Source of the DNA: Setoptus koraiensis
Lineage: Eukaryota; Animalia; Arthropoda
Length of the DNA stretch: 64,000 nucleotides
Direction: 5' to 3'
Assembly: GCA_048013815.1 (NCBI GenBank)
Contig: CM106585.1
Span: 14,942,001 to 15,006,000, forward strand
In this document: piece by piece, positions 50,937 to 63,039 of the stretch
Layout of the letters: each line of letters opens with the position of its first letter
Numbering within the stretch: the stretch's first letter is position 1
The notes under the pieces: model-generated
The model's input: only the letters and a program-made list of their open reading frames with translations
What the model was told of the DNA's origin: nothing
Databases searched by the model: none
Position numbers and translations under genes: made by a program

Positions 50937-53907
50937 AGTTTCGTGCACCGCGCCGGCCTGTGCTGTGCCGACATGATACATTGGCTGAGTGTTTGCGCGC
51001 CACCGCGAGCCGACCGTCGGGAGTGTCGCGAGCCTCGCGCGGGCGGCCGTCGGGAGCGGCCCGGAACTCGACGCAATTGCCCGGGCGGATCAAGTCGCTA
51101 TATACACATAGCTATTTATGGAATGCGTCCGCATAGCGACGTATCTAAAGCGAGACACTCAGAAATAAACAACCGGACGAGTGGCGATTTGGCGTCGCGC
51201 GGCCCGCCAAATAGTTATCCGCGCCGGGCTGCGTTTATCTGTATGTTTGCTGCTGGGGGCCCGTGCTGTATGGGCGATTTGTTGTAGTTAGTCGGGTGTG
51301 TGTGTGTGCAAAGTGAATGCAAGTTAATGACGCCAATCGAGAGCATCATCATTAGCCGTCGTCATCGGCGCCGTTGTTGCCTTCTGTTTGGGCATTTGGC
51401 TCGAAATGGGCCGACCAATTGGTTGCATTTTGCCTTGTTTTCGAGTCGGCCGCGTTCGAATTGGCGCTCGTTTCGAATCCGATCAAATTGGCCGCGTTCG
51501 GAGCGCTCGGCACGCTCGCACCGAGCCAGAGTTAGTTATCAGAAGTGGGGCTCGCCGATGACCGAAACAGAAATCGCCGCCGCCTCGCAGCGCCGTCTAG
51601 CCGCCCTCAAGCTGGCGGCCTCAAACATACGCAGGCTTCGAATGTACGCAGGCTTCGAATATACGCCGTCTGGGCCGACCCCGGCCAGTCTGGCCAGGTT
51701 CCAATGGCAAGACGTCGACGGGCCCAATCAAATCGGAGCGGCCGGCTCGCGCACTTCGGGCCGGTGTGCATTCTAATGGCAGGTGCCTGTTCTAATGGTC
51801 GCGCTGCCCAGTTAGTGGGCACCCCAAACGCCCAAAGCCCAAACAGTGGGCGCTGGCGGCCATTTAGTTGTTAATGTTTCTGCTAGGTGCACCCATTATG
51901 CAGCCTGTCCGCAAGTCACTGCTGTCGCTGGCCCGCCGCTGCAGTTGGCCGCTAATCGAATTATTCCCGAGCCCATAGCCCGGCTGGCCCCAAATGGCCC
52001 CAACAGGCCCCCGAACTGGCCAGGCTGAAGCGGCCCCTCGCAGGCCCTAAAAAGGCGACAAGACAGAGCGAAAACAAACGGCACATACAAACAACGCACG
52101 CCAAATAGAAGCGACGATATGACTAATCATAGGCGACCGCATTCATTCGTTTCGTTTCGTTTCGGTTCGTTCCGCTTCGCACCGAACGCACTGGAATTCT
52201 CGTGTACGACTGGCCACTGGCCACGAACTTGCGAATTTGCGCGTGTGGCGACAGGAATTTGCCGTTGGCACTGGCCGGGCATTCGGGGGGCCCGCTTTGG
52301 GCAGGCGTGGGCGAGCGCGTCACAAATATGACCGTTAGGTATAAATGATAATGAAACAAGTGCAACTGAAAGTTGTTGTTAATGCCATTAATTCAATTTA
52401 TTCGCTCCAGTTTGCGCTGCTGCTGCTGCTGTTGTTGTTGTTGTTGCCCATTACGTCATTGTTGTTATCCTATCTGGCGGCCACTGTTCTCTGTTACTGG
52501 CGGCCGTTACTGGCGAAACGGGCGCCAGTGGTCAGTTGGTGGGCCCGGTGGGCCAGTCACCGACACTAATAATCGCTGACCAAATCTATCTAGCAAATAT
52601 ACAAATATATGTGAGTGTGTGCGCGTATATTTGGCGTGGATTTGCCGGCAGCACAATTGGCCGACGTTGCCGCTGGCCGGCGGTATAATTGCATAACTGA
52701 GGCCCACTGGCGCCACTCAACGAACCAAATCGGCCGTGTGGGCTCTGGCAGCGCTGCTGTCGTTGCCGTGCTGTTGTTGTTGCTGTTGTTGTTGTTGTTG
52801 TGCTGTTGTTGTTGCCGCTGCCGCTGTATATTGCATAATGCTAATACTAACAAGTCGCGGAGGCGACCAGCCGTGCGATGCCCAGCCAGCGAGCTGGCCA
52901 GTGAGCGGGCCGGCCGGAAAACAATGCGCGCCATTGCAGCGAACGAATAAAGCGATTGAATAAAGGCAACTCGACGTGCCCCGCTTAATAGCCGGCCCGC
53001 TGGTCAGTGTATGCATAAGGGGGCCGCAAATGGGCCCCATTTCCAGCCGGCCGGCTGGCTGGCCTTGTTTCTGGCTATTAAATTATTATAACATTATAAA
53101 TGTTGCTGTCTAACTGGACCGGGCAAACAAATAACTCATCGTGAGCGGCGCCATGTTTGTATCCATTGTTTGTTTGTTGTGTGTCAGTCTTAAATAATCG
53201 GCCACAGTTGGCACAATGAACAACAATTCAACTATTAGCGCCACTCATACGATTCAAACGCTCGCAACAATGTTACGCAACTGGCTACGCAATTGCGCGA
53301 CAGTGCCGCCGCCAACGGTACCTAGCTCCCGAAGCGGCCGCCACTCGACTGTTTCGGCGACTCTGGGCGACTCTGGGCGACCCTTGGCGACTCTTTTGGC
53401 GACTCTTTCGCGACTCTCGGCCGCTGAAGCATGCGAGCCGCCCACGCTGCCGGGGGACGCGTTTGTTGTAGTGACAAGGAGATAATGGGCACGCATGATG
53501 ACAAAATATGAACAACTAGCGCCAGTGTGTCGAAAGCGAGCGGGCCCGACAATAGGCAAGCAAGCGGCCCGACAATAGGCAAACAAGCGGCGACACAACA
53601 AACAACTAGCTACTTACGAGCCAGTGACGCCGACAAGCCGCAAACAAACGACGACGCAACAAACGGCGACGCAACAAACGTCGACGCAACAACCGTCGAG
53701 AGGCGAGAAACAAGCGACTAGCGACGAGATTATCTATTATCAGCGGCTAATGTGGGCGCGCAACAATAGACAACGATTACGACATGTAGCAAACAATTAG
53801 CGAGCGATTATTAATTAATATCTGTCGCCATGACTCACGCTTCGCACAGACAGAAACGTTAGATCGTGGCCAGCTCATTTGTGTTTTGTTTTGTTTTGTT
53901 CTTTTCT

Positions 53908-53913
53908 TTTATT
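53908..53913 (-). terminator. Candidate polyadenylation signal (AATAAA) for the Toll transcript
   Basis: Plus strand TTTATT, about 870 nt past the stop codon, in an A/T-rich patch. An ATTAAA alternative lies at 54122-54117. Position only; no transcript support. Confidence 0.3.
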
Positions 53914-54782
53914 ATCAATAATGTAACTAACTTTTAATAACAAACAGTTTTCGTCCTCACAAACCGCACGCTCTCACGCGCCGGCCGCTCATCCGGCTCA
54001 CACTGGCTTGGCGAGTCTCTCGCTGGGGCCCCCCGAACAAACAAATTACAAGTTAGTTGCCAGACATGTCGCTAGGCTGTTCAAATCTGTTCATGTCTGA
54101 CAGTGTGCACAAATTGTTTAATTGTTCAATGTTGCCATGTTGCCGGCGTGCTGCAACAACGACGACGCAACAACGACGACGCAACAACACGACGCGACAA
54201 CGACGCAACAACACGACGCGACAATGACGCAACAATGTGTCAAAACAATGTCACAGACGGCTCAAGTGGCCAGCGTCAAGCTAGCCCGAAGTTGGCTGAG
54301 CCGCTCATCGTTTGTGACACCGTCGTTGGGCTGTGTTGTTGTCGTGTTTGCACCACCACAGATACAAACACCACACAAACAACGGCCGTGCGGGGGCGGC
54401 GCTCAATCACGCCAATCAATCATAAAAAGGAGACAGGGTGCCATTCCAGTGTGCAGCCAATGTGAGCTTGCGGTCGAGTCTGTCCAACAGACTCTATTGG
54501 TCCGACGAGCATATTCCTAAATAATGCTGCTTCTGTATCACAGTGCCCATCGTCCGGGCTTCAGGGGGCCGACCCGCCGCCGCTCGGGTGCGCCTCGGAC
54601 GCCGCGTCGGGCAGGTTCGGCTCAGTTCGGTTCAATTCAATTCGGTTCGGTTTGGATTGGATTAAATTGGATCAATTCAACGATGCTGGAACGGATGTAT
54701 GTACAATGACTAGCTGGTTGTGTTTTCGAAGCAGTTGCGCTTCCGGTGCGCGCTGTGCTGTGCCGCGCGCGCGCGTTTATCG

Positions 54783-54873
54783 CTATATGTGCACTGGCAC
54801 TGTTGTCAGCTCGCCGCACGCGTTGGCCCCAATGAGGGGCTGCTCTTTTCGTTGTTGTTGCTGTAGTTGTTGC

Positions 54874-54934
<61 letters not shown>

Positions 54935-55979
54935 GCTGCTGTTGCTGTTGCTGCAGTCCATACATGGGCTGATGGTAGGTGTGATTCTGGGCGCAAAGGA
55001 TGCGACCGGAAGTCGTGTTGTAACTCGCGTTGGGCGTGCTGTTGTTGTTGGCGCTGTTGCTGTTGATGGGGCCCATTGCGCCCATGATGGTGCCGTTGAT
55101 GCCGTTGGTTCCGTACAGCATGGAGTCACCTGAGCCACAGGAGGCGCTCAAACTGCTGCCGCCTTGCTGTTGTTGTTGCTGCTGCTGTTGTTGCTGCTGT
55201 TGTTGATTGGTCAGTGGCGCGTAGTGATGGTGACGTAAGCGTTGCTGCTGCTGCTGCTGTTGTTGTTGTCGCTGGCCGGCCAGAAGATGGTTGGTGGAGC
55301 TGCCGTTGCTGCTTACGCTGCTACTGCCGCCGCCGCCGCCGTTCACCTGCTGATGCAAGCCCGCCAGACCAGGTAAATTCGCTCCATTTGGCACGAGCAA
55401 CTGTGGCAGAATTGGGGCGCCGCCAGCGAGTGCAGCGCCAAATGTGCTCATGGAGTGCTGTTGTTTATTGTGCTGCTGCTGCTGCTGTTGACTCATTATA
55501 GATGGCGATATCAGTGTGGCGCCACTTGTTAGCTGCTGCTGCTGCTGACCAGCCAGATGTTGTCTGACATTTGTGCTAAAATGCAAATTAGTTGCAGACT
55601 GCTGGTGATGCAACGTGTGCGCCGCCGAGCTGACCGGCGAAGTGAGACTACTCAATATCGAGGCCACTTTACCTGTCTGTTGTTGTTGTTGTTTTTGTTG
55701 TCTGCTTGTGTTGTTGTTGGGCCCGTTGCTGGTGCCAGTGTTGTTGTTGTTGTTGTTGTTGGTTCCGTACGCCAGGTCGGGCATTGCGCAGCGCAACTTT
55801 TGCCAAAACAATTTCTCGCCCCATTGAAGACATGTGGCGCTCTTGAGCCAAATGCGAATGTCCGCGTCCAGATCCTTGGGCTCGATCTTGCCCACCACGA
55901 TGAGTATGAGGCGCTGCTTGTGGCATTGCGACAGGGCCTCCAAGTGGGCCGACTTGAACTCGTAGCTGCACCACTCGCT
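54783..55979 (-). CDS. Toll: Terminal coding exon of a Toll-family (Toll-like) receptor: C-terminal half of the TIR domain plus a long low-complexity cytoplasmic tail
   Basis: Extending ORF 54783..55943 upstream gives SEWCSYEFKSAHLEALSQCHKQRLILIVVGKIEPKDLDADIRIWLKSATCLQWGEKLFWQKLRCAMPD. This matches the arthropod Toll TIR pattern SEWCxxEFxxAH...RLIxIxxG...DLDxDIRxxLK...LxWGxxxFWxKLRxAMP, closest in my recollection to the Toll-6/7/8 (Tollo) group. Stop TAG is at 54785-54783. An in-frame TAA at 56012-56010 shows the exon starts at a splice acceptor, most likely CAG at 55980-55978. The paralog cannot be assigned from this fragment. Confidence 0.92.
54867..54953 (-). repeat. Coding (CAA/CAG)n tract, about 29 Gln, in the Toll tail
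   Basis: Plus strand (TTG/CTG)n run, in frame with the TIR exon. Confidence 0.9.
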
Positions 55980-57793
55980 GCTCGAATCGATCGATTTTGT
56001 TGTCGACGATTACGTCGTTTGTGTTGCGTTATTGCGCGGTCGGTTTGCGATTACAGTTGTTGTTTGATGACCACGATGACGATTGCCATCATTTCATAAA
56101 TTAATGCAGTAGCCGGCCGAACGGTGGCGTTCATTAGGGACATCAATAAAGATAGATAGTGGAATAGACGGAATAGAGAGTTTGGGATTAGTTAGTGAGT
56201 CAGTTTATCTGTCTGGCGAGCTAAATTTATCAGAGCAGCCGTTGGAGTTGCCACAGGCCGATTGTCTGATCAGCACTAAGTGCACCAAACTGACCAGTCT
56301 GGCCGCTAGTTAACGTGCTGCGGGTGCGTTTTGGATAATTACGGCGGCTCTGGCGCATTTAAGAGAGAGAGGCCCAGTTAATTGATTAGTTGACTAGTTT
56401 TAGGCAGGCACTTGTTTGCATGATCATAATGAATAATTGATGAGCCGCGCTCGCTGCGCACATGTTACATAATGCTGTCAGTCGGGCACTGTCTGTGCCA
56501 CTGTCACAGCGCACGAGCTAGCCTCACAAAATCTGGCCGTTTAGCCACAGTGTCCATTACTGTGCACTTGTACCGGTGAACAGTATGCCAGTGTCGCGGC
56601 AGAGGATATTGGCCCCCGCTTGCTCGCTTATGCTCACAAATTGTGAGTCACAATTGTCAGATATGTATGTAATATCGAGCCGCCAGTATCGGCCGCTGGT
56701 CGCGCGTCCGACGTTGTTGTGAGTTGTTGTGAGTTGTTGTGAGTTGCACGGGAGACTTGCGGGCGCTCGCCAGCGAGACGCCCGTGCAATTAGGAGCCGC
56801 CGGCTCGCTCGCTCGCAGATATAAACATAGGAACATAGGCGCATGTCGCACAGCTTGGGCGCACAGGGGCGCGCTAGGGGCCCCAAACTGATTGGTTGGC
56901 GGATCGCAGTGCACAATAAACGCGCTGGCGTGCAATCAACGAGTATTGTGCACTGCCAGTCGAGTTGGGGCCCGCAAGCTCGGCGGGGTCACGCAGCAAC
57001 TGGCCACGTTGGCGCCGGCAGCAATATTGGCCACGCTGCAGCCAAATGAGCGAGCATTGTCCTGTGTTTTTATTATCCGGGCCCCGACACACACACACAC
57101 TCAGTTGCGTAAGTAACGTCAGTGTTGCAAGTGCGTGTCTGTGTCACATTCTAATTGGCTGTTATAGTGGCCGGTCGTTTGTGTACGCGCTGTCGTTGCT
57201 GTCGTTGCTGTTGTCGCTGTTGCGCAGCGCTCAACAGCGACAACAGCAACCCCTGGCCACACACCAACGCCTCGGGCTCGCTCTCGGCCGAGGGGCCCCA
57301 ATACAGCCCGAACCAACCGAGGCTGGCCGGCACAGCAGCGGCGCAACTAATAAGTCACCTTAATTTGAGCTGGCACAGTAGTCATCCGCACAGCTCCGGT
57401 TGGTGTGTCTGAGCCAACGGCAGCCTTATGTAATATCTGATGTGGCCATTACATCGCACTGGCACTGGCTGGCCCGATATTACATAAGATGTAAACAAGC
57501 TAATAGGCTCAATCATTATCATGAAGCGCGCCGAAGCAAGCCGTTACAAGCGAGCCGTTATAAGCGAGCCATGTATACGAGCAAGCGTTAATATAAAATG
57601 CGCTTTTGCTCGCGCTTATCTTATGGCTCGCCCGTGGCCGCACGTTGCGTAAGTTACGTAATGGGCCGCCTTTTGGGAAGTTACTGCTACTTGTGGGCAA
57701 CACTCTGCTGTGTGCAGGTTTCAATATTACGTCACAGTTGCTTGTGATTGCGGCCCCGATTTGCGACGGCTCTCATGCCACTGCTGTCGCGGA

Positions 57794-57852
57794 TGTGCCC
57801 TCGTTCGCTGTCGGTGTGCCCTCGTTCGCTGTCGGTGTGCCCTCGGTCGCTG
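57794..57852 (+). repeat. Tandem repeat, 21-bp unit TGTGCCCTCGTTCGCTGTCGG x~3
   Basis: Direct inspection. Confidence 0.9.
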
Positions 57853-60800
57853 GCCGGGGGCCCGCTGCGCAGGAAGCGCCAGACAGGGTCCAGCCATCGG
57901 GCTGTAAGAAAGCGGCTGGGGCCCCCTTCGGCCAGCATATATCTGGATATAAATACATACAGAGTTGGCGGGTCGCTCGCAAACCTGGGGCCACCAAGGC
58001 GACCGACGCTGCTTGTATTGTGAGACGACAATAAGCAAGTTGTCTAATCCAGTCACGAACTGGCCGCTTGGGGGCGCACGACAGTTCCAATTTGTTGTGC
58101 TGGTGCTGGCCAAAAAACATTGGCACACATAAGACCGTTGCGACTTACATCTCTGCACACACATACGTAATAAGCGGATATAGCCCTGGCACCTGGCCAC
58201 CGCTTGCCCACCGGAGCTGGCTCATTACTGGCCGGGTAAGTCGGTCGGCCCAACGTACCCCGCTAATACCCTCTATATGAGTACGCTATATGAGTTTGGG
58301 CCGACTAACCTAGCCCGGTATTAGCTGGTACTGGCTGGCACTGGCTGGTATTGGTTGGGCCGGCGTCGGCAATGTTAGGCTGGTGGGGCGCGCAGATCGA
58401 CTTGTGCCGCCTAACATGGCGCGATTGTTGGTGCCACCAAGCACGTGCTTGGCCTGCCTAATGACAGGCTTAATTGGTACATAATTCAGCGAGCCATCGG
58501 CGCCCATTTGGCTTGTTGCTAGTGACTGGCAATAGGTTGCGGCGAGTTGCAATAGTGCGACCTGCAATAGGTCGCCTAGCTGCTGCTGCTGCAGCTACTG
58601 GCGGCGGCTTGGTGGGCCCAATTTGCCCAATTGGGCCCGCCGACTTTGGGCCGATCCAACGGAATTCGGGCCAGCAAAGTTGGTGCTGGGCCGCACAAGC
58701 GCGTCACAGTCGCTTTGGCCCCGTGGCTTGATTAACAGCCAAGGGGGCCATGTCAATTACGTGTTACGTAACAGTGGGACGCACAGCCGACATGACAAAC
58801 ACGCTCGTTCGAGCCGCGCAACGGTGACAGCGGCCGCCTGTGACAGTATCGAGCAGCGAGCCAATGACTCGATATCAAGTGTCGCGATTGCCGAGGCACC
58901 TATTACACGTTGGCCGCTAGTACAAACAGACAGTTACGGCCAGCAGCAGTTACAAAGTTACGCAACTGCCGGTCAGTTAGTGGCGGTCAGTTGGTGTTGT
59001 TGCGGGGGCCGAGAGTGGCCTTGTGGCACTTGTTTGCTGGCAACTGTGAGCTGTCACAACATGTCAAGTTTGTGTTTGTGTAACTTGTTCTTTTTGTTTG
59101 CTCGCTCTCACTAAAGTGACCGTTTTCAGTTGCTCGTTTCTGTTGTTTCTGGCGCCACTGTGTGTGTGACTCTGTCCGTGACTGGCTGTCACTTTGGCTG
59201 CGACTCTGGCCCTGACGCAATCCCACCAAACGCACCCGTATGGGCGCCACCATGTGGGGACATTGGGCGGCCAATATTAGGCGGCCACCATTAGGGTAGC
59301 GACAAACACATTGTTTAATCGTAACGGTAACCGTTATCGTGTTACCCGCGTTACCCACCAATGTAACCACCAATGTAACACGGCGTTTGCACGGGTATTG
59401 TTTTAATGCCCGGCGCAGCGGATAAGCACGGGATAATTGAGCGCCGATAAGAGCATGTGGGCATAAAATGTGGGCATAAGCGCAACTATAAACGCCCGAC
59501 ATACGGGCCTGGGGACACTCATGCGCGAATACAAACAACGACAACAACGACAACAATTTGCTAATTATGCTTTCACTTACTTGTTAATGCTGCACCGCAA
59601 CTTGGAGTGTGTAACTAACAAAAGCAAGTAATGAGTGTGTCCAACTAATGTCTGTTTGCTTGTGGTCAGCAGTGGCGTAACGGGCAGCTCGATGGTTGTC
59701 GCAGTTGTGTCATTATGCTCCAATTGTCTCATTGATTGTCTAAACGATAACGCTCGTCCAGTGCATTAGTGGCCGCTGCTGCTGTTATTAGTTACAACAA
59801 CAGCAGTTACAACTGTTATTATACCGCCGCTACTTACATTGCAAGCATTATTTTGCAGCAGCAACAACAATATTTGATATTACGCAACCATGGCAAATAA
59901 CATAATTATATTATATTGGCCATAGTAATAATAATATTGGGCAACGTGAACACATAACATGATGACATAAGCAACCGATGACGCAAGCAACTGACAACTG
60001 ACAACTGACGACGATTGTTGGCGCGCCGCTCGCAATTGTCGGCACTAATTGATGCTAGCATGCGATCCGGTCCGATCTCCCATCACAACCGTGTATTGAC
60101 AACCGGTAACGTCTGTCAAACGTCTGTTTGTGCTCCAGTCAGCTGTTTACAGCTGTCACATCACGCGCGACACGTGACGGCGTAAGCGAGTTGAGCAACC
60201 GCGCAGCTCAGCTGTTTGTCAGGTGAGCTGTCTTGTGAGTGTCAGCTGACAAGTTGCGAGTTGTGTGTCGGGCGAGTGTTCGGCGCGACTCGATAAGCGC
60301 AATTCAGCGGCAAACTTTGTGTAACTGTCACAATTGTGACAATTGTCATAACTGTCGCAGTTGTCATAATTGGCGCAGTAATGACATTCGTAACGGTGGT
60401 GGCACAGCGCGACGCACAGCGTGCAAGCGTGGCAAGGCAACAGGTCGTCGAGTGCGCTGGCCGCGCAACTGTCGCATTCACGCAATTCCGACAATCAGCC
60501 GGCCAAGTGTCAGATGGCCAGCTGATTGGGGTCACGCTTGTGTCATGTGCTAACTGTCGCAATTGCGAGTCGCTTGTGCACAGTAGTAGACTGACGCAAC
60601 TGCCTTCAACTGACAATGTCGCAATGAGAGTCGCGTCCCGTTTGGCCCGTCAAATATTAAATATTAACATTAATATTAATGCTGAATGTTGCGCGAGCGC
60701 GAATTAGGCACGACCAATTGACTTTTTGAGCGAGCCATTGGATCGCGGATCCGGACGCGGCGAGCGGTCACGAGTCGACCGGCGCTCGAACGCAACCGGC

Positions 60801-60979
60801 GAACGCGACGCGACCAACACGCGCTGCGCCGCATAACAGTTGCGACAGCAACATTATGCGGGCTCGTGCGGCGCTCGAGTGACTGATGGCGGCGAGGCAC
60901 GCACATGCACGTGCACACCAGCAATCATGCTGCATCCTGTCTGCGTGCCGGCGTCTGTTGCGCCCTCGTCTGGCGCCCA

Positions 60980-61030
60980 TTTAGCCCATTTAGCCTGTTT
61001 AGCCTGTTTAGCCTGTTTAGCCTGTTTAGC
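60980..61030 (+). repeat. Tandem repeat, 9-bp unit TTTAGCCTG x~5.5
   Basis: Direct inspection. Confidence 0.9.
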
Positions 61031-62927
61031 GTGCCAGACGAGTACGTGTTTGTGCGCAAGTACCTATTTAGCCGGCCCGTCCAATGCGACGGCACTGGAC
61101 GGCGCTAATGCGACGGCACTGGACGGCGCTAATGCGACGGGCCGGCCAAATACGGACTTGTGTCAGGCTTATGACGGGCCTATGACGGGCCTATGGCGGG
61201 CCCATGACGGGCTCATGACGGGCCGGTGCGCACGATGCCGCCGATGTGCTGCGACGTTGTGCAAATTGTTGCACAGCGCGCCACCGGCGACAACACCGGC
61301 AGCGGCTCACTGGCGAGTCGTGTAGCGCTTGCGGGACGGACGCAGCAAATCGGTTTTGATTAAACAATTATCATCTCCACTTGGCCACTCTCATGAGCGC
61401 GATCCAGGCCGCGAGGGTCGTCGACCCCTCGGCTCACCTGAATTATTGTTGCGAGCGAATAAAAGTTGCTGTGAGCGTCGCTGTTGCTGCGAGCGTCGCT
61501 GTTGCTGTGAGCGTCGCTGGTGCAGTTGTTGTTGTTGTTGTTGTTGTGCAATTGCGCAATGATGAGCAAGCGACACTGTTGCGCAATGCTGGCAAAACGT
61601 TACATGAGTGGCGTTCGTTTCAGGTGTGAACTGCACATTGCGCGCAAATCAAAACACAACAAACGCACGACAGCAACATTTTACTATTTAGGCTGCTGGC
61701 AAGCCACTCTGGTCGCGTCAGCCGTGAGCGCATGCGAGCCAAGCGGCCAGGTGAGCTAATAGCCGTACAATTGTTATTATTCAAATGAGACTGCCGGCTG
61801 GCCATTATGCACGCCATTACGGAGTGTGTGTGTGTGTGTGTGTGTGCAGTTTAAACAATTAGAGGAGCGCGCACGGTTAAACATCAACAATTAACAATTA
61901 ACAGCATTTGCATACATCCGAGCGAGAGCATCGTTGCGTGAGTTGCGACGTCCACTGTGCCCGCTGCATGCTGCGAATATGCGCAAATATCTGTCTAAAT
62001 ACAAATACAGGCTTGCAGATATAAGCAAATATGAGTATCAATGCGAGCACAAATATAAATCAGCGGCGCTGGCGATGATTTATATTTGTGTCGGGCCGCT
62101 CCCTCGGCCGCTCGTCGGGCCAGCGCCGGCCGCTCGGGCTCACAAAGGCCGGCCCGTCAAACTGTTGCTGTACAGTTGTTGCGCAACAGTCGCCGCCGGA
62201 CAGCGAGTGTTGCTCGGCTCAACAGTGTTGTTGCGCAACAGTGTAAACTTGAAAAGGCTTTTGTGCCGAGCTGCAAATGCGCGCCCCCTGTAAGCGCAAT
62301 CTATTTTCGACGGCAACTTCTCGCACTGACCGACTGAATTGGCCGAGCGGCCGGCAGTTGATGATGATAGAGTAGCCAATCGCAATTAGTCTCTCGTCGG
62401 TCCGGTCGCTGTTGCACTGTGCGGACTGTGTGTGCCCAATGGGCAACTTTCGCCGCTGTGGCCGGCGCAGGTTGCCCGCGACCGGCAACAACTTTCTCGC
62501 AGCCAGCCAGACAAACTGTTGTGGCCAGCCGATGCATTATGTAATATTTGCAACAATCGCTCAACGATGATGCAAATGATGAGCCGAGAGCCGCGGTAGC
62601 CGCAACAGTGTCATTAGCCGCCGTTGCGAGCCGCTCATTACGAGCACGCCATTAGCCGCTGCCCAAGTGGTTGCAGCTTCTGGAAGCCGGCGAGCGCCGA
62701 TTGCGGCCAGCGAGCTCCGGTGCCGAGCAGCCAGCGCCGATTCCGAGAAGAAGATCCCAGCACAAGGTACGAGCACAAGATCCCGGCAGCCCGGCCGACG
62801 GCGCTCGGGTTGCCAGCCGGCGACTAATGATGAGCCTGGGCGCGGTATCGCCGGCACGCTCATTGCGGTATCATGCAAATGTGAGCCGCACGGCGCAATG
62901 CAAATTGCACTCGCAACTCACAACGCT

Positions 62928-63039
62928 CTTACCTGCGCCTGCCCGCGCTCACCTGAGCTACCTGCGCTCGCCTGAGATCGCCTGCGCCTACCCGCGCTCA
63001 CCTGAGCTCACCTGAGCTCACCTGAGCTCACCTGAGCTC
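62928..63039 (-). repeat. 10-bp array GTGAGCTCAG (4 perfect copies at 62997-63036 plus degenerate copies) ending in CAG|GTAAG
   Basis: Plus strand (CTCACCTGAG)4, and CTTACCTG at 62928-62935. Confidence 0.9.

Noticed and set aside
55557-56099. 180-aa plus-strand ORF overlapping the Toll exon
   Set aside because: It is the antisense shadow of the TIR exon and has no independent similarity.
58987-59556. 189-aa minus-strand ORF as a candidate upstream Toll exon
   Set aside because: It has no LRR, transmembrane or TIR N-terminal motifs.
59733-59746. TGATTGTCTAAACG, resembling the 5' end of miR-219
   Set aside because: It matches only 13 of the first 14 nt, the 3' part diverges, and there is no complementary arm to form a precursor.
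60980-61030. TTTAGCCTG array as interstitial telomeric repeat
   Set aside because: The unit is 9 bp and is neither TTAGG nor TTAGGG.
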